In this document: piece by piece, positions 37,550 to 47,013 of the stretch | Layout of the letters: every line of letters begins with the position of its first letter | How positions within the stretch are numbered: the stretch's first letter is position 1 | From: Elusimicrobiota bacterium | GTDB lineage: Bacteria > CAYTYR01 > UBA6262 | Direction of reading: 5' to 3' | Length of the DNA: 64,000 nt | Assembly (NCBI GenBank): GCA_003153935.1 | Contig: PMCA01000027.1 | Span: 9,405 to 73,404, forward strand | Notes under the pieces: generated by a model | What the model saw: only the letters and a program-made list of their open reading frames with translations | Told to the model about the DNA's origin: nothing | Databases searched by the model: none | Position numbers and translations under genes: made by a program

Positions 37550-38684
37550 GGTTGGGTCCTATAATTGCCATAATTTCCTTGGCGGCGCGCTGGGCTGCCC
37601 CGGACGGCCCCAGTTTTTGGCGCACCTGCAAAAGTTTTTCCCTGATAGCTTTCAGCTCCGGCGGATTATCCAGGAATTTCCCCGCCTGCCGGGCCAGGTC
37701 GGCGGCAATGACATCATGCTGGATAAATTCCGGCACTACTTTCTGCCCGCTGACTATATTGGCCAGCCCGATATAAGGTATCTTCACCAGGCGTTTGGCC
37801 AGCCAGTAGCTCACCGGGCTCACCCGGTACAGGATCAGCATGGGTATCCCCAGGTAAGCCATCTCCAGCGTCGCAGTCCCGCTGGCGACCAGCGCCAGCG
37901 TTAATTTTCTCCTGACCTGATAATCCGGGTCAGCTATGACTTTAATATCCAGGCCGGCCGCCTGCACAAAACCTTGTATGGATTCCAGACCGATAGTGGC
38001 CGAGCGCAGGCAAATAAATTCCAGGTACGTTCTTTCAGACAGCAGCTGTTTGGCCGTGGCCAGCATCGCCGGCAAAAGATGTTCCACTTCCTGCCGCCGG
38101 CTGCCGGGCATGAGCCCGATCAGCTTTTTATTTTTATCCAGGCCGTATTGGCGGTAAATATCCAGATTGTTCTCCGCCGGTATATGCTCGACCAGCGGAT
38201 GGCCGACCCAACTCACCGGTATTTGTTCCTGCCGGTAGATATCCTCTTCAAACTGGAAAATAACCAAAACCTTGGCCGCGAATTTCTTGATCTCTTTAAT
38301 CCGGCCAGGCCACCAGGCCCATAATTGCGGCGCGATGTAATAAACCACTGGTATGTTATATTTTTTGGCCAGCTTGCCGACCTTAAAATTAAACCCGGGG
38401 TAATCGATAAGCACGACTGCGGACGGTTTTTCCTCCTGGAAATAGCGCTCGGTGACCTTTAAGAGTTTTCGGAGCGTGATGACATTTTTGATCACTTCCG
38501 CGAAACCGATCACGGCCAGGTCCGCCAGGTTATAAAGGAGCTTAACCCCAGCCTCCGCCATATTATGCCCGCCCAGGCCCTCTATCCTGACCTGCGGGTC
38601 CATCTTCCTAAGTTCTTTGACCAGGTTGGCAGCGTGAATATCCCCGCTGGCCTCCCCGGCGACAATAAAGATCTTATTAGCCAT
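37539..38684 (-). CDS. lpxB: Lipid-A-disaccharide synthase
   Basis: 381 aa; KIFIVAGEASGDIHAANLVKEL N-terminus is characteristic of LpxB. Confidence 0.9.
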   Translation of the reverse strand: MANKIFIVAGEASGDIHAANLVKELRKMDPQVRIEGLGGHNMAEAGVKLLYNLADLAVIGFAEVIKNVITLRKLLKVTERYFQEEKPSAVVLIDYPGFNFKVGKLAKKYNIPVVYYIAPQLWAWWPGRIKEIKKFAAKVLVIFQFEEDIYRQEQIPVSWVGHPLVEHIPAENNLDIYRQYGLDKNKKLIGLMPGSRRQEVEHLLPAMLATAKQLLSERTYLEFICLRSATIGLESIQGFVQAAGLDIKVIADPDYQVRRKLTLALVASGTATLEMAYLGIPMLILYRVSPVSYWLAKRLVKIPYIGLANIVSGQKVVPEFIQHDVIAADLARQAGKFLDNPPELKAIREKLLQVRQKLGPSGAAQRAAKEIMAIIGPNHGK

Positions 38685-39615
38685 CAGTCCTGATCTTTCT
38701 CATTATTTCCAAGGCCACCTGCAAAGCGTCCCGGCCCTGTTCCCCGGTCACCTGCGGCGTACGGCCCTCGCTGACGCAAGTTACGAAATGCTGCAACTCC
38801 AGGCCCAACGGTTCCATTTTAGCCAGGCGCGGATAAAGAACCTTAATATCTTTCAAGCTGGTAACTTCAGGCTGTTTTTTCTGGTAAACTTTCAATCCCG
38901 GCTTGGCGTAATCCAGGGATAAATATGAATCCTGCTGGAAGATCCTGATCTTGCGGAATTTTTTCAGCGACACCCGGCTGGCGGAAATATTGGCCACGCA
39001 GCCGTTGGCGAATTTGATCCGGGCGTTAGCTATATCCTCGAATCCGCTCAGGACCTTGGCCCCGACCGCGTCAATGGAGACGATCTTATCCTGAACCAGG
39101 TACATGACGATGTCTATATCGTGTATCATCAGATCCAATACCACGCTGATATGAGATACCCGCGGGTCGTAGGGACCGAGACGGTTGGCTTCAATGAACT
39201 TCGGATTCTTGGTATATTTCTGCGCTTCCAGGACCGCGGGATTAAAGCGTTCCACATGGCCCACCTGCAGTATCAGGTTTTTCTCCTGCGCCAGCCGCAC
39301 CAGCTCCTCGGCCTCTTCCAGCGCCGGGGTAATAGGTTTCTCGATCAGGCAATGGACCCCGTAACCAATAAAATCTTTGGCTACCTGGTAATGCAGAGGC
39401 GTCGGCACGGCGATGCTAACTGCTTCCACCTGGCGCAACAGGTCGCGATAATCAGTATGGGCCGCGGTATTATACTGCCGGGCGAATTTCCTGGCCTGCG
39501 CTTCATTGACGTCGCAGACGCCCACCAGTTCCACGCCAGGCAACCCCGCCAGTATCCGGCAATGGTGCACACCCAGGTGACCGATCCCGATCACTCCCAT
39601 TTTCACCTTGCTCAT
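38677..39615 (-). CDS. Gfo/Idh/MocA-family NAD(P)-dependent oxidoreductase (possible UDP-GlcNAc 3-dehydrogenase GnnA-like)
   Basis: 312 aa; Rossmann motif MGVIGIGHLG; embedded between lpxI and lpxB with overlapping stop/start codons. Confidence 0.6.
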   Translation of the reverse strand: MSKVKMGVIGIGHLGVHHCRILAGLPGVELVGVCDVNEAQARKFARQYNTAAHTDYRDLLRQVEAVSIAVPTPLHYQVAKDFIGYGVHCLIEKPITPALEEAEELVRLAQEKNLILQVGHVERFNPAVLEAQKYTKNPKFIEANRLGPYDPRVSHISVVLDLMIHDIDIVMYLVQDKIVSIDAVGAKVLSGFEDIANARIKFANGCVANISASRVSLKKFRKIRIFQQDSYLSLDYAKPGLKVYQKKQPEVTSLKDIKVLYPRLAKMEPLGLELQHFVTCVSEGRTPQVTGEQGRDALQVALEIMRKIRTDG

Positions 39616-40433
39616 ATCTGCTCCTTAACGGCGGCCAGACATATCTTATAATGATCGGCCAGCGCCACTACTTTCTCCAGATCCAGGATAAGCGTTTCCC
39701 CGGCGCTAAAAGCCAGTACGCCGGCCTTAGCCTGGTGTAAAGTTTCGATCGTTCTTTCACCAATAATCGGCACGTCAAAACGCAGGTCCTGGTGCGGTTT
39801 GGAAACTTTGACTACCACCACGTTCTCTTTACCGATCAGCCCTCCGCGCAGGATGGCCTGGTCCGTGCCTTCCATTGCTTCGACGGCGAGCACAGCTTTA
39901 TCTTTCACCACCACGGTCTGGCCGATATCCAGGCCGGCTATGCCTTTGGCCAGGCGCAAGCCAAAATTAATATCCTGCCTTTCTTCTTTCGTGGGTTTTT
40001 GTTTAGTCAGTATCCCTTCCCGGGGGATGAATTTTTCCAGGAATATGGTCGAGTCTACCAGCCGGATGCCTTCCTGGTTAAGCTCCTGGGCCACTCCGCC
40101 CAGGATCGTGTCAGCCTTTTTATCCGGCAAACGTTTAAGCAGGCCCATGGCGCGCAGGTCCAGCTTCAACAAATCAAAAAGGCGGAAATGTTTTACCTGT
40201 CCTGCCATCACCGCCCGTTTTACTTCCTGTTTTTTGAAAACAGAGATCAATTTATTAAGTTGTCCCAGGGAGACCCAGGTGAAGCTGTCAACCAGATTTT
40301 CCAATTCTGGCTTGGTTTCGCCCTCCAGCGCCACGGCTATGACCCGCAGGTTTTGTTCCCTGGCGGCCCGGGCGAAATGCAGGGGATAATCACCGTTCCC
40401 CGCTATGAGACCGATCTTGTTATCTTCTGGCAT
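39612..40433 (-). CDS. lpxI: UDP-2,3-diacylglucosamine hydrolase LpxI (DUF1009)
   Basis: 273 aa; IGLIAGNGDYPL N-terminus and overall DUF1009 architecture; it sits between lpxA and lpxB, and no lpxH is present in the cluster. Confidence 0.8.
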   Translation of the reverse strand: MPEDNKIGLIAGNGDYPLHFARAAREQNLRVIAVALEGETKPELENLVDSFTWVSLGQLNKLISVFKKQEVKRAVMAGQVKHFRLFDLLKLDLRAMGLLKRLPDKKADTILGGVAQELNQEGIRLVDSTIFLEKFIPREGILTKQKPTKEERQDINFGLRLAKGIAGLDIGQTVVVKDKAVLAVEAMEGTDQAILRGGLIGKENVVVVKVSKPHQDLRFDVPIIGERTIETLHQAKAGVLAFSAGETLILDLEKVVALADHYKICLAAVKEQI

Positions 40434-40444
40434 AATTCTGCCTC

Positions 40445-41230
40445 TTATTCTTTTGTAATGCCTCTCTCGGATTCAGCGATGAATTGGATAAAATATTTCA
40501 CTTCATCACACCAGTTAGTTTCTTTCTTTAACTGGGCCAGGGCCTGGGTAGTATTCAATTTGGAACGGAAAACTATTTTATAGGCTTTTTTCAACTGATT
40601 ACGCACATCCAATGAAAAGTTATTTCTTTCCAGAGCCACGCTATTGAGGCCGTACATCCTGATCGGGCTCCCGGCGGCTTTGCAGTAAGGCGGCACATCC
40701 TTATTGGTCCGGGACCCGCCGCCCAGGATAGCATAAGTGCCGATCCGGCAGAACTGATGTATCGGGGTCATGCCGCCGATAACCGCCCGGTCCTCTACTA
40801 TCACATGTCCGGCCAGAGTGGCGTTATTAGCCAGGACCACATAGCTGCCGATGACGCAGTCATGCGCTACGTGAGCATAAGCCATTAACAGGTTATTATC
40901 GCCGAGCCTGGTTTCCCCGACACCGGCAGTACCGCGATTGATGGTGACATATTCACGGATAACGTTGTTCTTGCCGATGACCACTTTGGTCTTTTCGCCG
41001 CGGTACTTTAAATCTTGAGGAGGCACACCGATAACCGCGCCGGTATAAACATGGCAATCTTCCCCTAACTCCGTGTCGCCGTCTATCAGCACGTTGGATT
41101 CTATAACGGTGCCCTTGCCGATCTTAACGTCCTTGCCGATAATAGAAAAAGGGCCGACCTCCACGTTATCGCCTATTATGGCATCCGGGTGAACCAAAGC
41201 TGTTTTATGGACTTTCATTAACTCCTCCAC
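40445..41230 (-). CDS. lpxA: Acyl-ACP--UDP-N-acetylglucosamine O-acyltransferase
   Basis: 261 aa; hexapeptide-repeat left-handed beta-helix; IHPDAIIG.. and GKNNVIREYVTINRGT segments. Confidence 0.9.
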   Translation of the reverse strand: MEELMKVHKTALVHPDAIIGDNVEVGPFSIIGKDVKIGKGTVIESNVLIDGDTELGEDCHVYTGAVIGVPPQDLKYRGEKTKVVIGKNNVIREYVTINRGTAGVGETRLGDNNLLMAYAHVAHDCVIGSYVVLANNATLAGHVIVEDRAVIGGMTPIHQFCRIGTYAILGGGSRTNKDVPPYCKAAGSPIRMYGLNSVALERNNFSLDVRNQLKKAYKIVFRSKLNTTQALAQLKKETNWCDEVKYFIQFIAESERGITKE

Positions 41231-41243
41231 CTGATGCTGATTA

Positions 41244-42587
41244 TTATCTGTCTACCAGGGTAAACATGAACTCCGCTTCCGCGACCAATTTAGAATTAAC
41301 GAAAGCCTTGCCGCACACTATCCCGGTTTTGCTTTTAACTCTCAATAATTCCGCTTCGAAGATTATCGTATCCCCAGGTACTACTGTCTGGCGGAATTTT
41401 ACTTTATCGATGGTCATAAAATAGGCCAATTTGCCGGCGTTCTCGCTCTTTTTAAGCAACAGCACGCCCGCCACTTGCGCCATGGATTCTATCAACAAAA
41501 CGCCCGGCATGACCGGATGACCAGGGAAATGCCCGCGGAAGAAATCCTCGTTAATGGTGACGTTTTTCAAACCGATCGCTTTTTTATCTTCTTCGATCTT
41601 GAGGATCTTGTCCACCAGCAGGAACGGCGGCCGGTGCGGCAGGACCTTTTGCACTTCGTTCGTGTCCATGAGCGGATTATTCAGGTCTAGGTCCGCGAAA
41701 CGATCGGCCTTGCCGGTCGTCCCGGGGGCAGCCTGAGGAGACGCTGCGGATTTGGCTTCTTTATTTTTCAATTGTTTAAGTTTCTTCACAAAACTGACGT
41801 TAGACGGATGTCCGCACCTGACCGCGATGATATGAGCTTTTAACGGCTGTCCCAGGAGACAAAAATCGCCGATCAGGTCCAGGATCTTATGCCGCACGAA
41901 CTCATCGGCAAAGCGCAGTTCAGTATGAATACCCTTCTCGCCGATAATGACCGCATTGTTCAAATTGCCGCCCTTGGCCAGTCCCTGTTTCTTCAGGGTT
42001 TCTATCTCATAATCAAAGCAAAAAGTCCGCGAAGGCGCGATCTCTTTGACGTAAGTTTCCGGATTAACAGTGAAAGTTGCATATTGTGATTTCAGGAAGG
42101 GATGATCATAGTTTATGGTCAGGCTGACTTTGAATTCCGCGGCCGGCACGGCGATAATGCTGGTTTGGCCATCGACAAAATAAAGCGGTTCCTTCAGTTC
42201 GAAATAATTCCGCGGTGCGTCCTGCTCCACCAGGCCGGCTTTCTGCAGGGTCTGGATAAAGGGCATGGCGCTGCCGTCCCCGACGGGCGGTTCATTGGCG
42301 TTGATCTCGATCATGGCGTTGTCCACGCCCAGGCCGTAGAGAGCCGATAATATGTGCTCTACCGTATGGACCTTGACCTCACCGAGGCCGATGTTGGTCC
42401 CGCGCTTGACATCAATGACATTATTGACATCGGCCGCGAAAAGATTGTCAGTTTTCTGGTCGATGCGCATGAACTTGATGCCGCTATTGGCCGGCGCCGG
42501 CTTAAAAGTTATGCTGGTGATACTGCCGGTATGCAGGCCGACACCCGAATAGGAAATCGGCTCTTTTAATGTTTTTTGTTTTTCCAT
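41244..42587 (-). CDS. lpxC: Bifunctional UDP-3-O-acyl-GlcNAc deacetylase / 3-hydroxyacyl-ACP dehydratase (LpxC-FabZ fusion)
   Basis: 447 aa. N-terminal LpxC: LHTGSITSITFKPA, HTVEHILSAL. C-terminal FabZ hot-dog domain: FFRGHFPGHPVMPGVLLIESMAQVAG. Confidence 0.88.
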   Translation of the reverse strand: MEKQKTLKEPISYSGVGLHTGSITSITFKPAPANSGIKFMRIDQKTDNLFAADVNNVIDVKRGTNIGLGEVKVHTVEHILSALYGLGVDNAMIEINANEPPVGDGSAMPFIQTLQKAGLVEQDAPRNYFELKEPLYFVDGQTSIIAVPAAEFKVSLTINYDHPFLKSQYATFTVNPETYVKEIAPSRTFCFDYEIETLKKQGLAKGGNLNNAVIIGEKGIHTELRFADEFVRHKILDLIGDFCLLGQPLKAHIIAVRCGHPSNVSFVKKLKQLKNKEAKSAASPQAAPGTTGKADRFADLDLNNPLMDTNEVQKVLPHRPPFLLVDKILKIEEDKKAIGLKNVTINEDFFRGHFPGHPVMPGVLLIESMAQVAGVLLLKKSENAGKLAYFMTIDKVKFRQTVVPGDTIIFEAELLRVKSKTGIVCGKAFVNSKLVAEAEFMFTLVDR

Positions 42588-42610
42588 TTCTCCCCCTAAA
42601 ATCAGACCAC

Positions 42611-42672
42611 GGTTAGCGGATAACGGATGACGGCTAAATTAACCGTCGTCTGTCATCTGTCGTCCGTCATCC
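42611..42672. repeat. Heptamer-array palindromic element with a different unit sequence (GGATGAC/GGACGAC), copy 5
   Basis: Minus strand: GGATGAC GGACGAC AGATGAC AGACGAC GG, spacer TTAATTTAG, then inverted CCGTCATCC GTTATCC GCTAACC. It lies between the lpxD stop and the lpxC-fabZ RBS (GGGGGAG). Confidence 0.5.
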
Positions 42673-42674
42673 AA

Positions 42675-43703
42675 TTATTTACTGTTTTCTAATTCCTTTA
42701 TTTTTTTCTCCAGTTCCGCTACTTTGACCCGCAGTTCCGGCAACCGGCGCAATTCCGCATTTTGTCTCCTGGCCAGTTGATGGGGCTGGGCCGGATAGCC
42801 GCTGACACATTCACCGGGCGTAACATCTTTGGTCACCCCGGCCTGGGCGGCGACAATGCTGCCTTTGCCGATGGTAATATGCCCTACTATGCCCGCCTGC
42901 CCGGCAATGGTAACATTCTCTTCGATCACCGTGCTGCCGGATATACCGGCCTGCGCGACGATCAAGCAATTGGTCCCGACCTGCACATTATGGGCGATCT
43001 GCACTAGGTTATCTATTTTGGTACCGCTGCCGATGCTCGTGTTGCCCAGGGTGCCGCGGGCCACGCAAACATTGGCGCCGATCTCCACATCGTCCCCGAT
43101 CACCACTGACCCGACCTGCGGGATCTTGAAATGCCCGCCGGACTGCGGCACAAACCCAAAGCCATCGCTGCCGATGACCGCTCCGGAATGGATGATCACC
43201 CGGGCACCGATGGAGATCTTTTCACGGATGGACACATTGGCATAGATCAAACCATCCGGACCTATGTTTGTTTCCCTGCCGATATATACTCCAGGGTAAA
43301 TAACGCAATTATTACCGATGCTGGTTCCCGCCTCTACCACTACCGCCGGGCCGATAGCCACATTCGCGCCTAATTTGGCCTGGGGACTGATAACCGCCGT
43401 GGCATTAATCCCTGCCGGGATAACCTGCTCCGGCGGATTGAATAGGGCCAGGATCCTGGCGAAAGCCAGATAAGGATTGTCGCAGATGATCGCCGCTTTA
43501 CCCGCGGTCGGAAAATCCGGCGAAACGATGATAGCGCCGGCCTGGCTTTTTTCCAGTTCTTTGGCATAGCGCGGATTAGACAGAAAGGTGATCTCCGCCG
43601 GGGTGGCTTCCTTAATGCCGGCTACTCCTTTGATGACCATTTGCGGATCTCCCATTATCTTTCCGCTTACTAAACTAGCCAGTTCCGCCAAGGTTTTTTC
43701 CAT
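42675..43703 (-). CDS. lpxD: UDP-3-O-acylglucosamine N-acyltransferase
   Basis: 342 aa; N-terminal LpxD-specific domain plus hexapeptide repeats; located after skp. Confidence 0.9.
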   Translation of the reverse strand: MEKTLAELASLVSGKIMGDPQMVIKGVAGIKEATPAEITFLSNPRYAKELEKSQAGAIIVSPDFPTAGKAAIICDNPYLAFARILALFNPPEQVIPAGINATAVISPQAKLGANVAIGPAVVVEAGTSIGNNCVIYPGVYIGRETNIGPDGLIYANVSIREKISIGARVIIHSGAVIGSDGFGFVPQSGGHFKIPQVGSVVIGDDVEIGANVCVARGTLGNTSIGSGTKIDNLVQIAHNVQVGTNCLIVAQAGISGSTVIEENVTIAGQAGIVGHITIGKGSIVAAQAGVTKDVTPGECVSGYPAQPHQLARRQNAELRRLPELRVKVAELEKKIKELENSK

Positions 43704-43704
43704 A

Positions 43705-44334
43705 TTATTCCTCTTTGATCTTTAACTGATAAGGCGAAGTCACCGGAGCAGATGAAGGCACGATCACCGGCTTGGTCTGGCTATATCCGGTCGTGTTATC
43801 CGGTAAGGACGGTGAGACAATGCCCTTAGCCTGGTCTTCCAGCCTCTTGATCACGTCATCCGTAATATTCCAGGAGTCCGCGCCGTAAATTACGTTATTC
43901 TTATCCAGGATCAGGGTATAGCTCTTTTCCTTGCCTATAGCCTGCACTGCGGCGTATACCTTGGCCAGGATTCCCTGGGTCAGGTCGGATTCCTTCTTGG
44001 TCAGGTCGCTTTCGGACTCCTCGGTGAACTTTTGCAGTTCCTGGGCCTTGCGGTCAATATCCGCCAGTTTATTTTTCTTGTCATCCGGGGTGAGAGTCGC
44101 CTGCTGTGCTTCCAGCACCTGCCGTAAGTTTTTCACTTCATCGCTCATCTTCTGGATCGCGTCCTGTTTGGACTTGATCTCTTTTTCCAGGGCTAACTTA
44201 GCTTTTTTGGTTTCCGTGTACTGATCAAATACCGTGGCGATATCCACGTAGCCTATTTTTAATCCCGCCGCCATAAGCGTCACGGCCGTGGTTAATATCA
44301 CACTGAGTATTATCGCTGCTATAAACTTTTTCAC
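43705..44334 (-). CDS. skp: Periplasmic chaperone Skp (OmpH)
   Basis: 209 aa; signal peptide followed by a long coiled-coil-rich sequence; the bamA-skp-lpxD order is canonical. GTG start with RBS AAGGAGG. Confidence 0.8.
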   Translation of the reverse strand: MKKFIAAIILSVILTTAVTLMAAGLKIGYVDIATVFDQYTETKKAKLALEKEIKSKQDAIQKMSDEVKNLRQVLEAQQATLTPDDKKNKLADIDRKAQELQKFTEESESDLTKKESDLTQGILAKVYAAVQAIGKEKSYTLILDKNNVIYGADSWNITDDVIKRLEDQAKGIVSPSLPDNTTGYSQTKPVIVPSSAPVTSPYQLKIKEE

Positions 44335-44342
44335 TTATGCCT

Positions 44343-44440
44343 CCTTCAAAATAGTTGCGAGTTTCGAATTCCGCGTTTCGAGTTATGGAATATATATTTA
44401 TACATTAACTCGCAACTCGTAACCCGCTAACTCGAAGCTG
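44343..44440. repeat. Heptamer-array palindromic intergenic element, copy 3
   Basis: Plus strand: AGTTGCG AGTTTCG AATTCCG CGTTTCG AGTTATG, spacer gaatatatatttataca, then inverted TTAACTCG CAACTCG TAACCCG CTAACTCG. It lies between the bamA stop and the skp RBS. Coordinates are approximate. Confidence 0.6.
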
Positions 44441-44444
44441 TCTC

Positions 44445-46937
44445 TTAGAATACCGGGCCGATACTAAAGAAGAACTGGGAAAGACTTTCGCCCGGCTTGT
44501 GGTTCAAGCCATAACCCCAATCCAGGCGGATTGGGAACATCGGTATGGTAAAACGCAGACCAAAACCCACATCCTGCTTTAAAGCATAGTCGTAATGCCC
44601 CAGCTTGGTGGTAGGCCAGGTATTGCCGGCGTCATAGAAGAACGCTCCCTTTAAGATGGTCTGCCTTTTTTCCCTGATTATCGGGAAGCTGTATTCCAGG
44701 TTCAGCAGGGTGACGAACTTGCCGCCGCTGACCTCACCCACCTCCCCGTTGTAATTATAGCCGCGCAGGGTTTCGGCGCCGCCCAGGAAGAATCTTTCGT
44801 AGACCGGAACCTCGACAGAACTGCCGTAGGTATTCACTACCCCGAACATGCCATGCAAGCCCCAGACAAATTTCCAAAAGCTGGGGAAGAACCAGGCTGT
44901 TTCCAGGGTTAATTTCTGGAAATTATTGTCCCCCCGCAGCCAACCGCCGGCAAGCTTATAATTCAAGATCTGGTTGGAACCGGTAGTAGCGTCAAAAACA
45001 TTATCCCGGGTATCGCGGGACAAGTTGAGGGAGATAGAGCTGGTCTTGACCAGGCCCCGATCAGTATCATTAGCGATTTCATCGCTGATATTTTTGAATG
45101 GCAACCCAAAATAAGGGCTGTTCGTATCCCCTTCAGTTTTTAACCTTTCGGTAAGGTTGCTAATCCTGATATCCTCATAAGAATAGCCGATACCGCCGTT
45201 AAATATCTCTTTGAACCGTTTGCCTAAAGTAAAACCGACACCGCGGGTGGTCTCGTCATACAGGTCATTCTCTACCGAGGTATCAGCTGCCGGCACGGTC
45301 GCAATCGTCGCGTTGGTATTCGGATCGACATAAACGGTGCTGGTTTTATTCCAGTAGAAGGTCCTATCCCGTTTCATATTGAAAACATTGACCCCCAGTG
45401 AAAAATAATGCTGCATGAACCAGGGATCGAAAAAGCCGATCTGGTAATTCTGTCGCAGGGCGCCGATCTCGTACGCCAGGTTGATGCGCTGGCCGCGGCC
45501 CAGCAGGTTATTGATCTGTATCTGCATATTGCCTACTAATTTATCGACGCTGCTGTAGCCCATACCCACGCTCAGGACATTGACCTGGGATTTCTCCTTG
45601 ACATTAAATATCAGGTCCAGTTGTTCCTCGGGTTTTTCCGCGTTGGGCTTGGTTTCCAGTCCCACATCTTCAAAGAATCCCAGGTTATACAATTGCTCCT
45701 GGCTGCGGCGCACCCTGGTCATGCTCAAGGGGTCGCCCTGGTGCAAAAGTATTTCCCGCTGGATCACATAATCTTTGGTTATTTCATTGCCGGCTATCTC
45801 TATGTTCCCGACATAAGCCATGGGTCCTTCGGTAATATGGTAATTTATGTCCATGGTTTGCAGATCGTCATGGGTGGTAACCTGGGGATCGATCCGGGCG
45901 AACACATATCCTTTATCGGCATAGACCGCCTGAATGTTGGCCGTGGCCTGGTTAAAATCATCCTGGTTGTAGAATCCGTTCAATTTGACTGGCATATCTT
46001 TCCAGAATTCCTTTTCCTGGATCACGGTATTGCCGCTGAATTTTATGGAAGCGATCCGGTACCTAAGCCCTTCCTGGATCGTATATTTTATGGTCAACTT
46101 AGAACGGTCCGCATTGAATATAACCTCCGGACCGCTCAGTTTGAAATTGTAAAATCCGTGGTCCTTATAAAATTTTTCCAGTATATCCGGGTCCTTGTCC
46201 AAAGTCTCTTCTTTATATAATTTGCTTTTCCTGGTTTTTAAGACTTTCAGTATCTTTTTGGTCGGGTAAAAGGAATTACCGCTGACCTGTACTTCATCAA
46301 TTCTTATCTTATTACCTTCGGTGATGAAAAACGTCAATACCTGTTTATTATCCCCGGTGTCCGTGGTATATGATTCCACCTTGGCGTCGGCATAGCCTTT
46401 GTCTTTATAATAGGTCAGGATCTTAGTCTTGGATTCGTCCAGTTTAGACTGGTCCAGAGCTTCCTTTTCCTTAAGCGTGACCTCATCCTTGATATTGGAA
46501 GCTTTTATTAGCTTATTACCTTTGATATCTATCTGCTTGATCACCGGTTTTTCCACTACGATAAAAGTAACCTTAACCCCGCCGTCTACGTCCGTCACAT
46601 CCACATTAATGGAGGAGAACAGGTTCAGGTCGAATAGCTTACGCAGGTCATCATCAACAGTGGCCTGCTTATAATCCTGTCCCTTGCGTATCTTGGTCAC
46701 GTCCCATACTTTGCGCAATGGCTCATTCTTCAGGCCGCTGACATCAACTAGTATAATTTTCTTGCCTTCCGGCGATTCGCCCGCGGAACTGCTACCCGGA
46801 CCGGCCAGGCTTCCCATTGGCGTCTCCGGTGGTGATAAGGACAGATCGGCTGCTCGTACCGGCCCTATTCCCAGCAAAAATAAACTGATTAAAACCAGTA
46901 TAAATTTTAGCGGCTTCTTTATTCTATTATTGGACAA
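44445..46937 (-). CDS. bamA: Outer membrane protein assembly factor BamA
   Basis: 830 aa; signal peptide, POTRA repeats, Omp85 barrel ending ...FFFSIGPVF; TTG start preceded by GAGGAGG. Confidence 0.88.
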   Translation of the reverse strand: MSNNRIKKPLKFILVLISLFLLGIGPVRAADLSLSPPETPMGSLAGPGSSSAGESPEGKKIILVDVSGLKNEPLRKVWDVTKIRKGQDYKQATVDDDLRKLFDLNLFSSINVDVTDVDGGVKVTFIVVEKPVIKQIDIKGNKLIKASNIKDEVTLKEKEALDQSKLDESKTKILTYYKDKGYADAKVESYTTDTGDNKQVLTFFITEGNKIRIDEVQVSGNSFYPTKKILKVLKTRKSKLYKEETLDKDPDILEKFYKDHGFYNFKLSGPEVIFNADRSKLTIKYTIQEGLRYRIASIKFSGNTVIQEKEFWKDMPVKLNGFYNQDDFNQATANIQAVYADKGYVFARIDPQVTTHDDLQTMDINYHITEGPMAYVGNIEIAGNEITKDYVIQREILLHQGDPLSMTRVRRSQEQLYNLGFFEDVGLETKPNAEKPEEQLDLIFNVKEKSQVNVLSVGMGYSSVDKLVGNMQIQINNLLGRGQRINLAYEIGALRQNYQIGFFDPWFMQHYFSLGVNVFNMKRDRTFYWNKTSTVYVDPNTNATIATVPAADTSVENDLYDETTRGVGFTLGKRFKEIFNGGIGYSYEDIRISNLTERLKTEGDTNSPYFGLPFKNISDEIANDTDRGLVKTSSISLNLSRDTRDNVFDATTGSNQILNYKLAGGWLRGDNNFQKLTLETAWFFPSFWKFVWGLHGMFGVVNTYGSSVEVPVYERFFLGGAETLRGYNYNGEVGEVSGGKFVTLLNLEYSFPIIREKRQTILKGAFFYDAGNTWPTTKLGHYDYALKQDVGFGLRFTIPMFPIRLDWGYGLNHKPGESLSQFFFSIGPVF

Positions 46938-46967
46938 TTAGTCCTCCTCTATGTATTTTTTTATTTT

Positions 46968-46995
46968 ATCATAAAACCGGGCTATTTCCAAGCAA
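46968..46995 (-). promoter_or_regulatory. Candidate sigma70 promoter (TTGCTT-N16-TATGAT) for bamA
   Basis: Minus strand reads TTGCTTggaaatagcccggtttTATGAT, about 30 nt upstream of the bamA start. Confidence 0.35.
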
Positions 46996-47013
46996 TTTAT
47001 CCCTAATTTTCCA

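Noticed and set aside
38677-39615. Calling the Gfo/Idh/MocA gene gnnA outright
   Set aside because: The family is large and functionally diverse, no partner aminotransferase is adjacent, and only the genomic context suggests the role. It is kept as a hypothesis in the findings.
44343-44440. Sigma70 or sigmaE promoter inside heptamer element copy 3 for skp (for example TTGCGA...TATAAAT, GGAAT-N16-TTTGA)
   Set aside because: Spacer lengths do not fit (7 or 14 nt) and the sigmaE-like match is weak. skp is more likely cotranscribed with bamA or driven by an element-internal promoter that I cannot define.
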